From: Mantamonas sphyraenae STR306 | Taxonomy: Eukaryota; Protista; CRuMs | Length of the DNA stretch: 64,000 bases | Assembly (NCBI GenBank): GCA_026936335.1 | Contig: JAPMXV010000043.1 | Coordinates: forward strand, 549,503 to 613,502 | Direction: 5' to 3' | Shown: positions 1-10,877 of the stretch, piece by piece | How the letters are laid out: every line of letters starts with the position of its first letter | How positions within the stretch are numbered: position 1 is the stretch's first letter | The notes under the pieces: model-generated | Told to the model about the DNA's origin: nothing | Seen by the model: only the letters and a program-made list of their open reading frames with translations | Database searches by the model: none | Made by a program: the position numbers and the translations under genes

Positions 1-2090
1 ACCTGCATGTAGGTCATCCACTCAGACAGTGGGGCTGCAAAGTTGTACAACACACCGCGCGCGTGGAATACCTCAGCATCGGCCAGGTGGTGCTTCATCA
101 ACTTTGTGTCCAGTTCTCCGAGGACGCCCACGTACTGAGCGGGCGTCCATCCCTCATGTATCTCCGCCCCATACATGTCCTGCACCGTTTGCGCCTGCAG
201 TAGTGTGAGGTTGTGGCCGAGCTGCTTCCGCTTGCGTGCCACGAGTGAAAGTGTCCGCAAGCGCTCGGGGTGGTCTCCCATCAGCGTAGACATGATTTCC
301 TTCCTTTCCATCGGTGTCCACGTCGGGGCAGTCATACCTGCGTACATGCCAGTCACAACAGTGGCGTGGAAGACCCTCCTCGTGTCGTGCAGCTGCATCG
401 TCCGTACCCACCACTTGCCCGCCCCTCCACCTTCTTCCTCGTCCTCTCCCTCCACCAACACCATTCCGTCAGCCTCCACCGCGTCCATCTCGTTCTCGTT
501 GCCCTCCATCATTTCTTCGGGCTCCACCGCCACCTCCTCCACCAACACCATTCCGTCAGCCTCCACCGCGTCCATCTCGTTCTCGTTGCCCTCCATCATT
601 TCTTCGGGCTCCACCGCCATCACCTCGCCTTTTTCACCATCTTCCTCTTCGTTTTTCTCCATCACCATCTCTTCATCCTCCTCGCCAACCGTTCCCGGTA
701 CGGCATCCCCGTCGGCCTCGCAAAGGCTCGGAAACACCCTTGGTTTCACCACGCTGACAACGAGCAGGTCTTGCTGCCACCCTTTGCTGTACATCATCGT
801 CTCTGCTTTGGCGTTGGATGATATGACGGCCAGTGTGCCCGGCAAGCTCATCATTTGCGCCAAGCACGATTCTCGCTCATCCGCCACAGCCGTTCTCAGA
901 CGCGCCAGGCCCAATGCGGGCGCTGCTTCTCTCGCAGCAAGCACCTTCGCCTTCTTCCGGTGCTTGCTGTTCGGATCGGGAAGGGATGATGTTGTCAGGT
1001 ACCCTGTGGCATCCCTTCTGAACTGCTTCTGCTCCCCAATGCTGCAGTTCCTTCCCTCAAAGCGCTCTTGTAGGGACGCCACCGTTCTCACAAAGCAGAC
1101 TGGCTGGTCCGATGCCTGCAGGATTTCTTGCAGCTGCTGTGTCAGCGCGACACCAGCGGCGTTGAGCTGCAGGGGTTTCTCTGCATCGCCACCCCTGTCG
1201 ATGTGCTCGACACCAATCACGTTGCAGTCCACCACAATGCCGTCGCATTCACAGACCATGTCCTTGATGGTCTCGTTGTCATAGTCGACGTGGCTGGGAG
1301 CGTTGAACAATTCCTCCGTGCGCTGCACAGAACGGCGCTGACCCTGCTCCCCTTGTTGCTGCAACGCACGCGCCACATTGACAACTCCATCGTGCGTTGC
1401 GAGCTGCTCCTCCACCATTCTACCCAAGGTTTTAACGACCGCGTCCTTCTTCAGCCTGGACAGCGTCACCAAGGCGAAAAACGGGTGCAAATTCCGGCTG
1501 GGTCCGCCACTGCCGCTGCTGCTTGAGCTTGAGCTAGATGACGACTCTGTGTCAGACGATTCTTTCGGTTCTCCCCAGATTCTCTTGTATGCCAGGATCA
1601 CATCCTCCAGTGTCTCCTTTTTGAACCTCCCCAGAGCCTTGGAAAAGTTGTCTGCCTTTGGCACATTCGCCTGTTCACCGCCCTCTCCTCTGTCAGCCAG
1701 GGCTTTCTGGTCCTCGGTGACGAGGGAGTCCACTTTACACCGTTTCTCCTGCCATTCCTGCCATTTGAGGACGGACACCGACTCTGTCGCCTTGCGTAGT
1801 AAGGTGTCTTTGCCGCCATGCCGACTGGCGCCGACGTCCTTCAGGAGGGCCTTCAGGGCTTCGACTGTCAATCCCTTCACATCCTCCGTGCTGACATAGT
1901 GCACGCCATCGTCCTCATCGTCTTCACCGTCTTCAGGGATGCCATCCTCACAAACAAGGATATACTCAGACGTCTGTGGTTCCGGCACGTCCGCCGGCCT
2001 TGTGTACCTCAATTCAATGTGTCCGTCCACTTCTTGGGCACTTCGCAGCCGAGGTACCTGCTCGACGAGTTGCTGCAACTCGTCTTCCAT
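1..2090 (-). CDS. Long intronless SAP-domain protein, >=696 aa, 3' end outside the window; possibly transposon-encoded
   Basis: Manual translation of the minus strand from ATG at 2090 is open to base 1 (MEDELQQLVEQVPRLRSAQ...PLSEWMTYMQ). It is absent from the ORF track because there is no stop in the window. It contains the SAP-like motif VKGLTVEALKALLKDVGASRHGGKDTLLRKA and an acidic repeat. Confidence 0.7.
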   Translation of the reverse strand, partial: MEDELQQLVEQVPRLRSAQEVDGHIELRYTRPADVPEPQTSEYILVCEDGIPEDGEDDEDDGVHYVSTEDVKGLTVEALKALLKDVGASRHGGKDTLLRKATESVSVLKWQEWQEKRCKVDSLVTEDQKALADRGEGGEQANVPKADNFSKALGRFKKETLEDVILAYKRIWGEPKESSDTESSSSSSSSSSGSGGPSRNLHPFFALVTLSRLKKDAVVKTLGRMVEEQLATHDGVVNVARALQQQGEQGQRRSVQRTEELFNAPSHVDYDNETIKDMVCECDGIVVDCNVIGVEHIDRGGDAEKPLQLNAAGVALTQQLQEILQASDQPVCFVRTVASLQERFEGRNCSIGEQKQFRRDATGYLTTSSLPDPNSKHRKKAKVLAAREAAPALGLARLRTAVADERESCLAQMMSLPGTLAVISSNAKAETMMYSKGWQQDLLVVSVVKPRVFPSLCEADGDAVPGTVGEEDEEMVMEKNEEEDGEKGEVMAVEPEEMMEGNENEMDAVEADGMVLVEEVAVEPEEMMEGNENEMDAVEADGMVLVEGEDEEEGGGAGKWWVRTMQLHDTRRVFHATVVTGMYAGMTAPTWTPMERKEIMSTLMGDHPERLRTLSLVARKRKQLGHNLTLLQAQTVQDMYGAEIHEGWTPAQYVGVLGELDTKLMKHHLADAEVFHARGVLYNFAAPLSEWMTYMQ
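449..618. repeat. 87-bp in-frame tandem duplication (2 copies) in the SAP-domain ORF
   Basis: tccaccaacaccattccgtcagcc... begins at 451 and again at 538; it encodes VAVEPEEMMEGNENEMDAVEADGMVLVE-like units on the minus strand. Confidence 0.9.
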
Positions 2091-2761
2091 GTGCTTGTGT
2101 GTTTTGCTTGGATGAGGCAGAGGACGACAACACGGGGGCGCACACACACGTGGCTGACTACAAGAGGGCACGAGCAGTCTGTACACACTGAACATGGCCC
2201 ATTTTGGTGTACGATCACCATTGCTGACCACCGCGTCCTGCACATACACTTTCGCCCACAGGCAATCCGAAGCATGGATTGCTATCGCCAAAACCCATTG
2301 CTGCCCGCCCTATTCCTGCAGCAGCACTGGCATGTGTGTTTTAGCGTCCATCTTTATGGTTTCGGCCTCTTTGCGAAGCAGGTTGGACGGTGAGGCGGCA
2401 TAATGAATTCAACCTCCCTCTTGACAACACTCAACCGCGACTTCCTTCGTCTGGCCACGGTCTCAGACGTCGCTTCCATAGCGTATTCACTTCGTGGCAC
2501 ACCTGTGCACCATACCAACCAGCGTGGCTGATCAACCCACGTCTCTACCACCTCCTGGCAGCGTGTCGATCGTACGCGTGACGATATCACACGGAATAAC
2601 ACAACGGTGCAAAGTGTCCATAGAAACACGGACATTGGCTGTTCCGTTAAATATACGACTATACCGTTGATTTTTGCATTGCGAGACGGGCCATGAGTGT
2701 GCACAGCACAGTGCAAACAACAACACCACGGCCACCAACTTTTCCAAAAACATAACCCGCA

Positions 2762-4927
2762 ATGAGTCCGTTCACATGCCTTCCCACCCACCCACACGCA
2801 CCCACCGCAGCCAACACTCACAACGCACTTCCTATCCAGGCAACGAACAAGTGACCATCGCTGTGCAAGACGTCGACGTCGAGTCCGCGCAAGTGAAGGG
2901 CAAGGAAGGAAAGGAAGGTGAAGAGCCTGAGGTTCCCACCGTCCCGCTGACTTCCATCATGGCCTATGGCAAGGACCGATACGGCCTCTTGTACCTCGGC
3001 CTTTTTGTCTCTGTCCTCAACGGCACCGTCATGCCCGTAAGTAACGCTCTTGCGAGTTCCCGAGCGGTTCCCGGTGCATGTCACAGCGGACGGAAATTTC
3101 GCAGAAAAAAACCCACCGCCACGTCATATGCTTAAGGAGGGTGTAGCACGGCATCAACAATATTGAGCGAGTCATCGAATGTGTGCAGATGCTGACGCGT
3201 GCCCGTGCTTGTTCCACACACCATCTGCACGACCGCTGCAGGCGTTTTGCATCATCCTCGGTGAGATCTTCAACGTGTTCCTTCGCCCCGCAGGCGAAAT
3301 GGAAGCGTTGATCAACCAGTACGTGCTGGGATTTGTGTTGGTGGGCGTGGCCGCCTGCTTGATGAGCTACTTGAGCAATGCCTCGCTGATTGTGTTTGGC
3401 GAACACACGGTCTCCGAGCTGCGCCGCCAGTACTTTGACGCCCTCCTGCGTCAGGAGGTGGGTTTCTACGACGAACAAGAGAGCGGCACGTTGATCTCGC
3501 GCATGAACAGCGACATCACCACCATCCAGAACGGCATCTCGGAGAAGCTGGGCACGTTTGTGACGCAGCTCGCCCAACTCGTCGTCTCCATCGGAATCGC
3601 CTTTTACTACTCGTGGGACATGACCCTGGTCCTCCTCGGCGTCTCGCCTGTGCTTGTGATCACGGGCGCCCTGCAGGCAAAGATCTTTGAGGGTACCACG
3701 CAGGCCATTCAAGAGTCCTGGGGCCGCGCAGGCCAAGTCGTGAGCGAAGTTCTTGGCAACGTGCGCACTGTGTACGCTTTCACTGCAGAGGACCACGAGC
3801 GCACTCGCTTCCAGAGCGAGCTCGATTCGGTGTACGAACAGGCCAAGAAGCGCGCACACAGCACGGGCTTTGGCAACGGCATCAGCTTCGCCATGATCTT
3901 CTTTGTCTACGCCCTGGGCTTCTGGTACGGCGGCCTGGCCGTGCGCGAGGGATCCATCGAGCCGGGCGACATTCTGATTGTGTTTTTCGCCATCGTCATC
4001 GGCGCCAGCGGCCTGGGCCAGTTCTCTTCGGTTATCCCGGACATCCTCAAGGCACGCGTGTCTGGCGCCGCCATTTTTGCCGTCATTGCGCGCGAGCCGC
4101 TCATCGACGTGGACAGCAAGGAGGGCGTCAAGGCAGACAACCTGGAGGGCAACGTCGTGTTTGACGATGTCCGCTTTGCCTACCCGACCCGCAAGGACAA
4201 CATTGTCATGGAGAACTTTTCGCTCGACGTGCGCGCAGGCATGACGGTGGCCCTGGTGGGTCCGTCGGGCAGCGGCAAGAGCACCACCATTTCCCTGCTG
4301 CAGCGCTTCTACGAGCCCCTCTCGGGCAGCATCAAGATCGACGGCACCGAGGTCAGCGACTACAACCTGCGCTCCTTGCGCCAGCAGATGGGTGTTGTGT
4401 CCCAGGAACCCGTCCTGTTCAGCGGTACCATCATGCAGAACATCAAGTACGGCCGCAGGGATGCAACCGACGAAGAGGTGGTGCAGGCAGCTCGCGAGGC
4501 AAACATCCACAACGACATCCAGGGCTTCAAGGAGGGCTACAACACGCCGTGTGGCGAACGTGGCGCACAGCTCAGCGGTGGCCAGAAGCAGCGCATCTGC
4601 ATTGCTCGCGCCCTCCTCCGCAACCCCAAGATGATCTTGCTTGACGAGGCCACGTCGGCTCTTGACGCTGAAAGTGAGGGCGTTGTGCAGGAGGCTCTGG
4701 AGCGCCTCATGAAGGGCCGCACGACCTTTGTGATTGCCCATCGCCTCAGCACCATCCGTGACGCAGATCTCATCCTCGTCATCGACCAGGGACGCATTGT
4801 CGAGCAAGGCACCCATCAGCAGCTCATGGACTTGTCCGGTGTCTACAGCGCCCTCGTTGCTCGTCAGCTCAGCGGAGGCAACAGCAACGACGACGACGAC
4901 GGTCTGGAGGAGAAGAAGGATGTGTGA
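2762..4927 (+). CDS. ABCB-family (MDR/TAP-like) half transporter, TMD+NBD
   Basis: Walker A GPSGSGKST, Q-loop VSQEP, signature LSGGQKQR, Walker B ILLDEATSALD, H-loop IAHRLST. Inferred exons 2762-2765, 2840-3036, 3242-4927. Confidence 0.92.
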
Positions 4928-5052
4928 GCAGTGCCCCGTGGCTACACACCACACACACCCACACACAATGTACAGCGCGGGCGCGGTCGAAAACCCAACC
5001 CTTTTCCACACATTCCCAACTCCTTGCCCCGCTGCACCGTCCAGGACTGAGC

Positions 5053-6146
5053 ATGAGCACGTCGTACGGAGCTTCGGAGTATGAAGAATTACTGAAGAAG
5101 GACCACGCGCCCACGACGCTGTTTCCGGCGTCGGGCGAGAACAAGTTTGAGGTTTCCGAGCTGCGCAAGGTAACCATACAGGCCAGCTGGAGGATCACAC
5201 ACCACAATGCGGTCCACAGACGCGTTTCGCACACTCACGCCCCCTTCCCTGCGTGCCACATGGCCTCACATGCGTCCCCACACAGATCTTTGACCGCATC
5301 GACACAAAGGTACGTCACGGCGCAGACGGAAACACAGGCACACAGCGACGCGCACACCGCTGACACGCCCTCGACACGAGCAGAAGGACGGCGTGATTGA
5401 CGCGCGCGAGATTGCCACAATGATGAAGTCGCTGAAGCACAAAGTGACCAAGGTAGGGCGTCCCACAGGAGGGTTGGGTTGCCGTTACTGCGTCTGGCGG
5501 CGCTGGCACGGCGTACAGACGGATTAGGGGCACACAAAACGTGTGCGTATGTGCGCGCGACTCTGCGCGAGCGGATACACTGACACATCATCGTACCGCA
5601 GCGCGAGGTGGAGGATATGATCTGGGAAATCGACGACGACGCAGACGGAGTGGTCGACTTTGACGAATTTAAAGCTATGTATGACCGGTGTGTGAACGAC
5701 ACGTCTGGCAACGAACCCAAGGGCCTGTACAACCTGGTGGAGTTTCTATTTTTCGACCAGGACGGCAACGGCACCGTGAGCGTGGACGAGTGCATCACCA
5801 TCCTCATCAAGCAGTTTCGCTGCGACCTCACACCCATGGAGATCAAGTACCTGTTCCAACTCCACGGCTTTGATGGAGAGGCCGGCCTCACCTATGAGGA
5901 GTTTCTCAATCAGCTCAACTTTGTACGTGGCTATCCCTCCCCCACCGCCTCTCCCGCTGTCACCTCACTCACCCCCTCACCGCCCGTTTCACACAGCACA
6001 TCCCAACCTCCATCGCCGCCGAACTCACTACCGGCGGAGGAAAGAGCAGCAGCGGCAGCAGCAGCAACAGCAGTGGTCTGGACACGTCCAGTGGCAGCAG
6101 CAGCAGCAAGAAAAAGTCGAGCATCAGCAGCGGCGCACGCTATTGA
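5053..6146 (+). CDS. Calmodulin-like EF-hand protein (5 exons)
   Basis: EF-hand loops DTKKDGVIDARE (spliced), DDDADGVVDFDE and DQDGNGTVSVDE; GT..CTGAC/CTCAC..CAG introns. Confidence 0.82.
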
Positions 6147-6233
6147 GACACCCAATGCAATGAGGATCAACCATGCACCCCAACATGCACCATCACCTAT
6201 TCTTCTTGTCGTTTGTCGTTTCCATTCATTCGT

Positions 6234-7983
6234 TCATTCGGCCATTGCCAAATACTCGTCGCGCTGTCGCTTTTGGGTGGCAAACTGGCGGGCCACAAAG
6301 ACAAAGGCAATGGCAAAGAGAGTCATCAGGACAGCAAAGAACACATAGTCCCAGGCCTGGGTGGGCAGGATGCGCAGATCGGCGGTGGCAGCGACAAAGA
6401 GATCGCCCATGGCCACGGTGAGTAGGAAGCAGGCCATGAGGACACTCTTCATGCTCTCAGGCGCCTGACTGTAAGCAAACTCGAGGCCGGTAATGGAGGC
6501 GAGGATCTCTGCAGCCGTAATGATAAAGTACTGCGGAATTTGCCAAAGGATGGACAGGCGGTTGCCGGCCTCGATGCTAAACTGGACCAGCGCAGCCACG
6601 AGAAAGGCCACGGCCGCCAAGGCCATGCCCAGCACCATGCGTCGCAGCATGGTCAGAGGGAAGCCGCGACGGGCACACCACGGGTACAGCATGCGCTCAA
6701 ACACAGGAATGCCCAGAATGATGAAGAGGGCGTTGATGGCCGACATCTGGTCGGGAAGAATGGTGATGGCGCCCAGTTGGCCATCCATCTGCAGGGCCTG
6801 GTACACAAAGCGCGACCCCTGCTGGTCGTACAGGGCCCAGAAGGCAGGCAGGGGCAGAAACACCTTGAGCACACGAAACACCTGCTTGGTCTCTTCGATG
6901 ATTTGGTCATCGTGTTCCAGTGAGGCTGCGTCCAGCCAGTGTGTCTTGTTGGCCACACGAGGGTTGTTGCGCTCGCGGATGGCGCTGCCGATTACGCCAA
7001 ACACACGCGCCAACTGCGATCCCCGCGGAGGCACCTTGACGTAGGTGTGACGCCCTGCGTAGAACACCACAATGCTGATGGTCAGAAGCACGGCTGGTAG
7101 GGCAAACGCAGCCGCAAAGGAAAAGTAGTGCCGGATGAGCGGCGTGGCAAGGATGCTCACGAAGGAGCCCACGTTGATGCTAAAGTAGAAGATGTGGAAG
7201 AATGCAGTGATGGCCTCGTCGTCGTCGTTGCCTCCTTCGCCCACTTCGCCTCCAGTTTGGAATTGGTCGCCGCCAAATGAGCTCACGTTGGGCTTGATGC
7301 CACCAGTGCCCATGGAAATCAACAGCAAGCCTATCACAAAGCCCCACGCTTGCGGAGGCTCTCCGGTCACGCCGGGGATGGCCGTCAGTGCCAGAATCAC
7401 TGTGCCAAAGCAGTACACAATCGACAGGTACTGTGTGCCGCACGTGATGGGAGGTCGGGTTAGCAACGCGCGTGGATGGTGGATTTGGGCAAGCGCGCAC
7501 GCCCTTTGTGCTTCCATACGTGGCTCTCAGGAGTCACTCGCCCCCCACGCCTGTGCTCACCAGAATGGTCCTATATTTGCCCAGATGCGCGTCTGCAATA
7601 TAGCCGCCGACAAGCGGCCAAAGATAGCTGATGGCGATGAACAGGTGATACGCGGTGACCGAGTTGTCCTCCGAGTAGCCCATAAAGTCGCGCAGATACA
7701 GCACCAGAATGGCTCGCATGCCGTAGAAGGAGAAGCGTTCACACAGCTCGTTGGCTGTGATGAACCACACGCACACCGGGTAGCGCGAGAAGAAGCCGCC
7801 TTCTTTGTTGATGCTGTGGCGCTGCGGGCCCGTCGTTGACAACGGCGTTTCCTCCGTCTCGCGTCCGTCGTGCTGCCGGGGTTGGGTGGTGGAGGAGGGG
7901 AAGGAAGGGGGTTAGGGAGGGGAGAGCAGTCGCTTGAGGGCGAGGGCATGGCAGGCATAAAGGTCAGGGGGAGGACGCACCAT
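6234..7983 (-). CDS. POT/PTR family proton-dependent oligopeptide transporter (SLC15-like)
   Basis: ExxERFxFYG motif (ELCERFSFYGM), GTGGIKPNVSSFGGDQF, PTR2 motif FYFSINVGS, GLEFAYSQAP. First exon inferred to be ATG only (7981-7983), followed by gtgcgt..ctaac..cag. Confidence 0.92.
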
Positions 7984-8004
7984 GGAAGGCAAACGAAAGC
8001 AAAG

Positions 8005-8856
8005 ATGGTAGGCTGCCTCCCGACGGCGCACAAACACCGTGCGCGTCACACTCGCTCACACCACGCCACACACATACACACAGGGTGCCGACATCTCGCA
8101 GATGGAGGAGTATGACATCGACGCGATGGTGGAGGAGACAAACTGTGGGTTGCAGCGTGGCCACGCATTTCCACGACGCCGGCGCTGTGAGCTGCAGCCC
8201 AGGCGCACGATCCACACGGACGCTCACACGCATACACACACACACACACACGCACACACGCACTACTCTCAGTCGATCGTGACGAAATCAAGAGGTTGTA
8301 CAAACGCTTCTCACGCCTGGACAAGGACGAAGACGGCGCCGTGTCGACGCGCGAGCTGCTGAACATCCCAGAAGTGGCCATGAACCCGCTGTCTCACCGT
8401 GTCGTGCTCATCCTTTGCCCCGAGGTCGATTCACAGATCAGTTTCAAGCAGTTTGTCCACAAGCTGTCGCCGTACCACATCAAAGCAAGCAAGGAGGAGA
8501 AAGTGAAAGGTCAGCTCCAGGAATGGCCCTTTCTTCAATCGCCGCACGGTCACCAAATCGACCTCTGCCCAATGGCTCACATGCACACACCCACACCCAC
8601 AACCCACACAGCTGCCTTTGAGGTGTATGATATCAACGGCGACGGCGTGATCGAGCAGTGGGAGCTCAGGGAGGTCTTGAGCACCATGGTTGGACCCAAC
8701 CTCGAGGACGAGAAGCTCAACGCCATTTGTTCAAAGACCGTTGCCGAGGCAAGCACAGCTCAGAACGAAGACGGCGAGGCTGTCATCTCCTTGGATGATT
8801 TCGCAAAGGTGCTGGAGAACACCGATTTGTCTACCGCTCTCAGCATCAAGTTTTGA
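8005..8856 (+). CDS. Calcineurin B-like / CHP-like EF-hand protein
   Basis: Spliced start MGADISQMEEYDID (myristoylation-type MG), FDRDEIKRLYKRFSRLD, IPEVAMNPL, AFEVYDINGDGVI. ATG-only first exon at 8005-8007. Confidence 0.85.
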
Positions 8857-9377
8857 GCAGGAGCCGGCCGTGGTATGTCTTGGCTTGGAGAACACAAGGC
8901 ATAGAATGGTGCACGGATGTGGGTTGGATCGTTGACGACGATCTGGAGACGACACCGAGGAATCGGATTGCCGTGTTCTGAAGAATCGGACCAGAGGGAC
9001 GCTGGTGGGGTGAATGCGAATGAAGGAAACATCCAAACGTGTTGCGTTGTGTTGTGTTGGGGTCAGAAACGGTTTGTCCAGGTGAGGGAACACAGAGGAG
9101 TGGTTGGGCACAGTTTGACACCAGAACCAACTGCTCCCATCCACGATCAGCTCCACGACACACAGTACACTCCTATGCTCGCCGTTTATGCATGCACCTC
9201 GCCTCCTACCGACACAGCACCAGGTACACATTCACGCTTCCCATCCATCCATACCCACATCCGTCCGTCGCGGGTGGCTCGCTCTCTTCTGAGCCTTCCT
9301 CGCCTGCAACCATGAACATCGCCACACGCAAACCAACATTCCCCGTCACGGTCCAGGTTGTGCAACCCGTCGGCTTG

Positions 9378-9385
9378 TTTCGCGC
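9378..9385 (+). promoter_or_regulatory. E2F-type site upstream of RNR2
   Basis: TTTCGCGC matches the TTTSSCGC consensus about 110 bp upstream of the ATG; mirrored in copy 2. Confidence 0.5.
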
Positions 9386-9493
9386 CCGACTTTTGCTCCG
9401 ACGCATCCAAACCAAATCAAAGAAAAAAAGCGCGCACCCCCGCCCCCTTTTTCCACGATTGCGACACACGAAACACACACACACACACACACA

Positions 9494-10827
9494 ATGAGCA
9501 CATCGCCAGAGACCACACCCTTTGTGAGCGACAAGATGATGGAGGGACCGTCGCCATCAAAGATCGACACGAGCGGCCAGAGCGGCGCGCTGCTGAGCGA
9601 CCGGCTGGTGATCAAAGCGGGCGTCAAGAAGCCGCTGGAGTTGGCCAGCGCAAGCCAAGAGGAGAGCAAGGAGACTAGCACGACGGCCGATGTGGAAGCA
9701 TTTGTGGAGCCGATGCTGAAGGAGAACCCGAACCGGTTTGTGATCTTCCCTCTGCAGTACCATGCAGTGAGTTGTGTGCGGGGTTCGAAATTGGCGGGAA
9801 AGCAAGCTTTTGGCGCGCAAAAGGGTCCCGACAGGTTCCCGGCGCGATTGCGAGAGAGGGCAAGAGGGAATGCGGATGGGGTGTGGAGCAAGACACACGC
9901 AATGGACTAACCCAGCACGGGATGCAGGTTTGGGACATGTACAAGAAGCACGTGGCGTCGTTCTGGACGGCTGAGGAGATCGACCTGCAACAAGACCTGA
10001 CGCACTGGAGCTCGATGAGCTCGGACGAGCAGCACTTTATCAAGCATGTGCTTGCGTTCTTTGCGGCGTCAGACGGGATTGTGAACGAGAACCTGGCAGT
10101 GAACTTTAGCAACGAAGTGCAGATTCCGGAGGCGCGGTTCTTCTACGGGTTCCAGATCATGATGGAGAACATCCACAGCGAGGTGTACTCGCTGCTGATT
10201 GACACGTACATCAAGGACCTGGAGGAGAGGCAGCACCTGTTGAATGCGATTGAGACGGTGCCGTGCGTGGCGAAAAAGGCAAACTGGGCGTTGAAGTGGA
10301 TCGAGTCGGCAGAGGCGTTTGGGGTACGACTGGTGGCATTTGCGGCCGTGGAGGGGATCTTCTTTAGCGGGTCGTTTGCGGCGATCTTCTGGCTGAAGAA
10401 GCGTGGACTGATGCCCGGACTGACGTTCAGCAACGAGCTGATCTCGCGGGACGAGGGACTGCACTGCGACTTTGCGTGTCTGCTGTTTGGGATGCTGGAG
10501 CGGCCGCCGAGCAAGGAGCAGGTGACGCAGATCATCACAGAGGCAGTGAGCATCGAGCAGGAGTTTTTGACGGAGGCTTTGCCGGTGAACCTGATTGGGA
10601 TGAACTGTGAGTCGATGTCGCAGTACATTGAGTTTTGCGCCGACCGACTGCTGGTTGCGCTGGGGATGCCCAAGCACTACGAGACGGCGAACCCGTTTGA
10701 CTGGATGGAGAACATTTCGCTGGACGGCAAGACCAACTTTTTCGAGAGGCGTGTGGGAGAGTACTCGCGCGCGGGGGTCATGAGCAACACCGAGGACATG
10801 ACGTTTGCCCTGGATGCCGACTTTTGA
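9494..10827 (+). CDS. RRM2: Ribonucleotide reductase small subunit, copy 1
   Basis: [74 protein letters not shown]-terminal FALDADF. Exons 9494-9766 and 9928-10827. Confidence 0.97.
9784..9822. promoter_or_regulatory. Intronic E2F site cluster with a CHR-like element in the RNR2 intron
   Basis: Minus strand TTTCCCGC-CAAT-TTCGAA (9801-9784) and near-palindromic TTTTGGCGCGCAAAA (9808-9822). Mirrored at about 14112-14150. Confidence 0.6.
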
Positions 10828-10877
10828 GTGAGGTGAGAGTAGGGATCTGCAGCCCGTGAATTTGCACTGAAAATCAT

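Larger units (their letters stand above)
8924..10837. repeat. Left arm of a 1914-bp inverted duplication (RNR2 gene, its upstream region and 58 bp of the SID-1-like 3' end)
   Basis: Reverse complement of 13097-15010. Both boundary pairs sum to 23934, so there is no net indel; at least two synonymous substitutions are visible. Confidence 0.95.

Noticed and set aside
175-1899. Plus-strand ORFs of 369, 183 and 173 aa
   Set aside because: Antisense shadows of the real minus-strand SAP-domain ORF.
2320-2352. MDAKTH start resembling the PIN-Fanzor start MDARKH
   Set aside because: The frame closes after 13 codons and I see no further similarity; probably coincidence.
3029-5011. 660-aa minus-strand ORF
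   Set aside because: Antisense to the ABC transporter; a common artefact of GC-rich codon bias.
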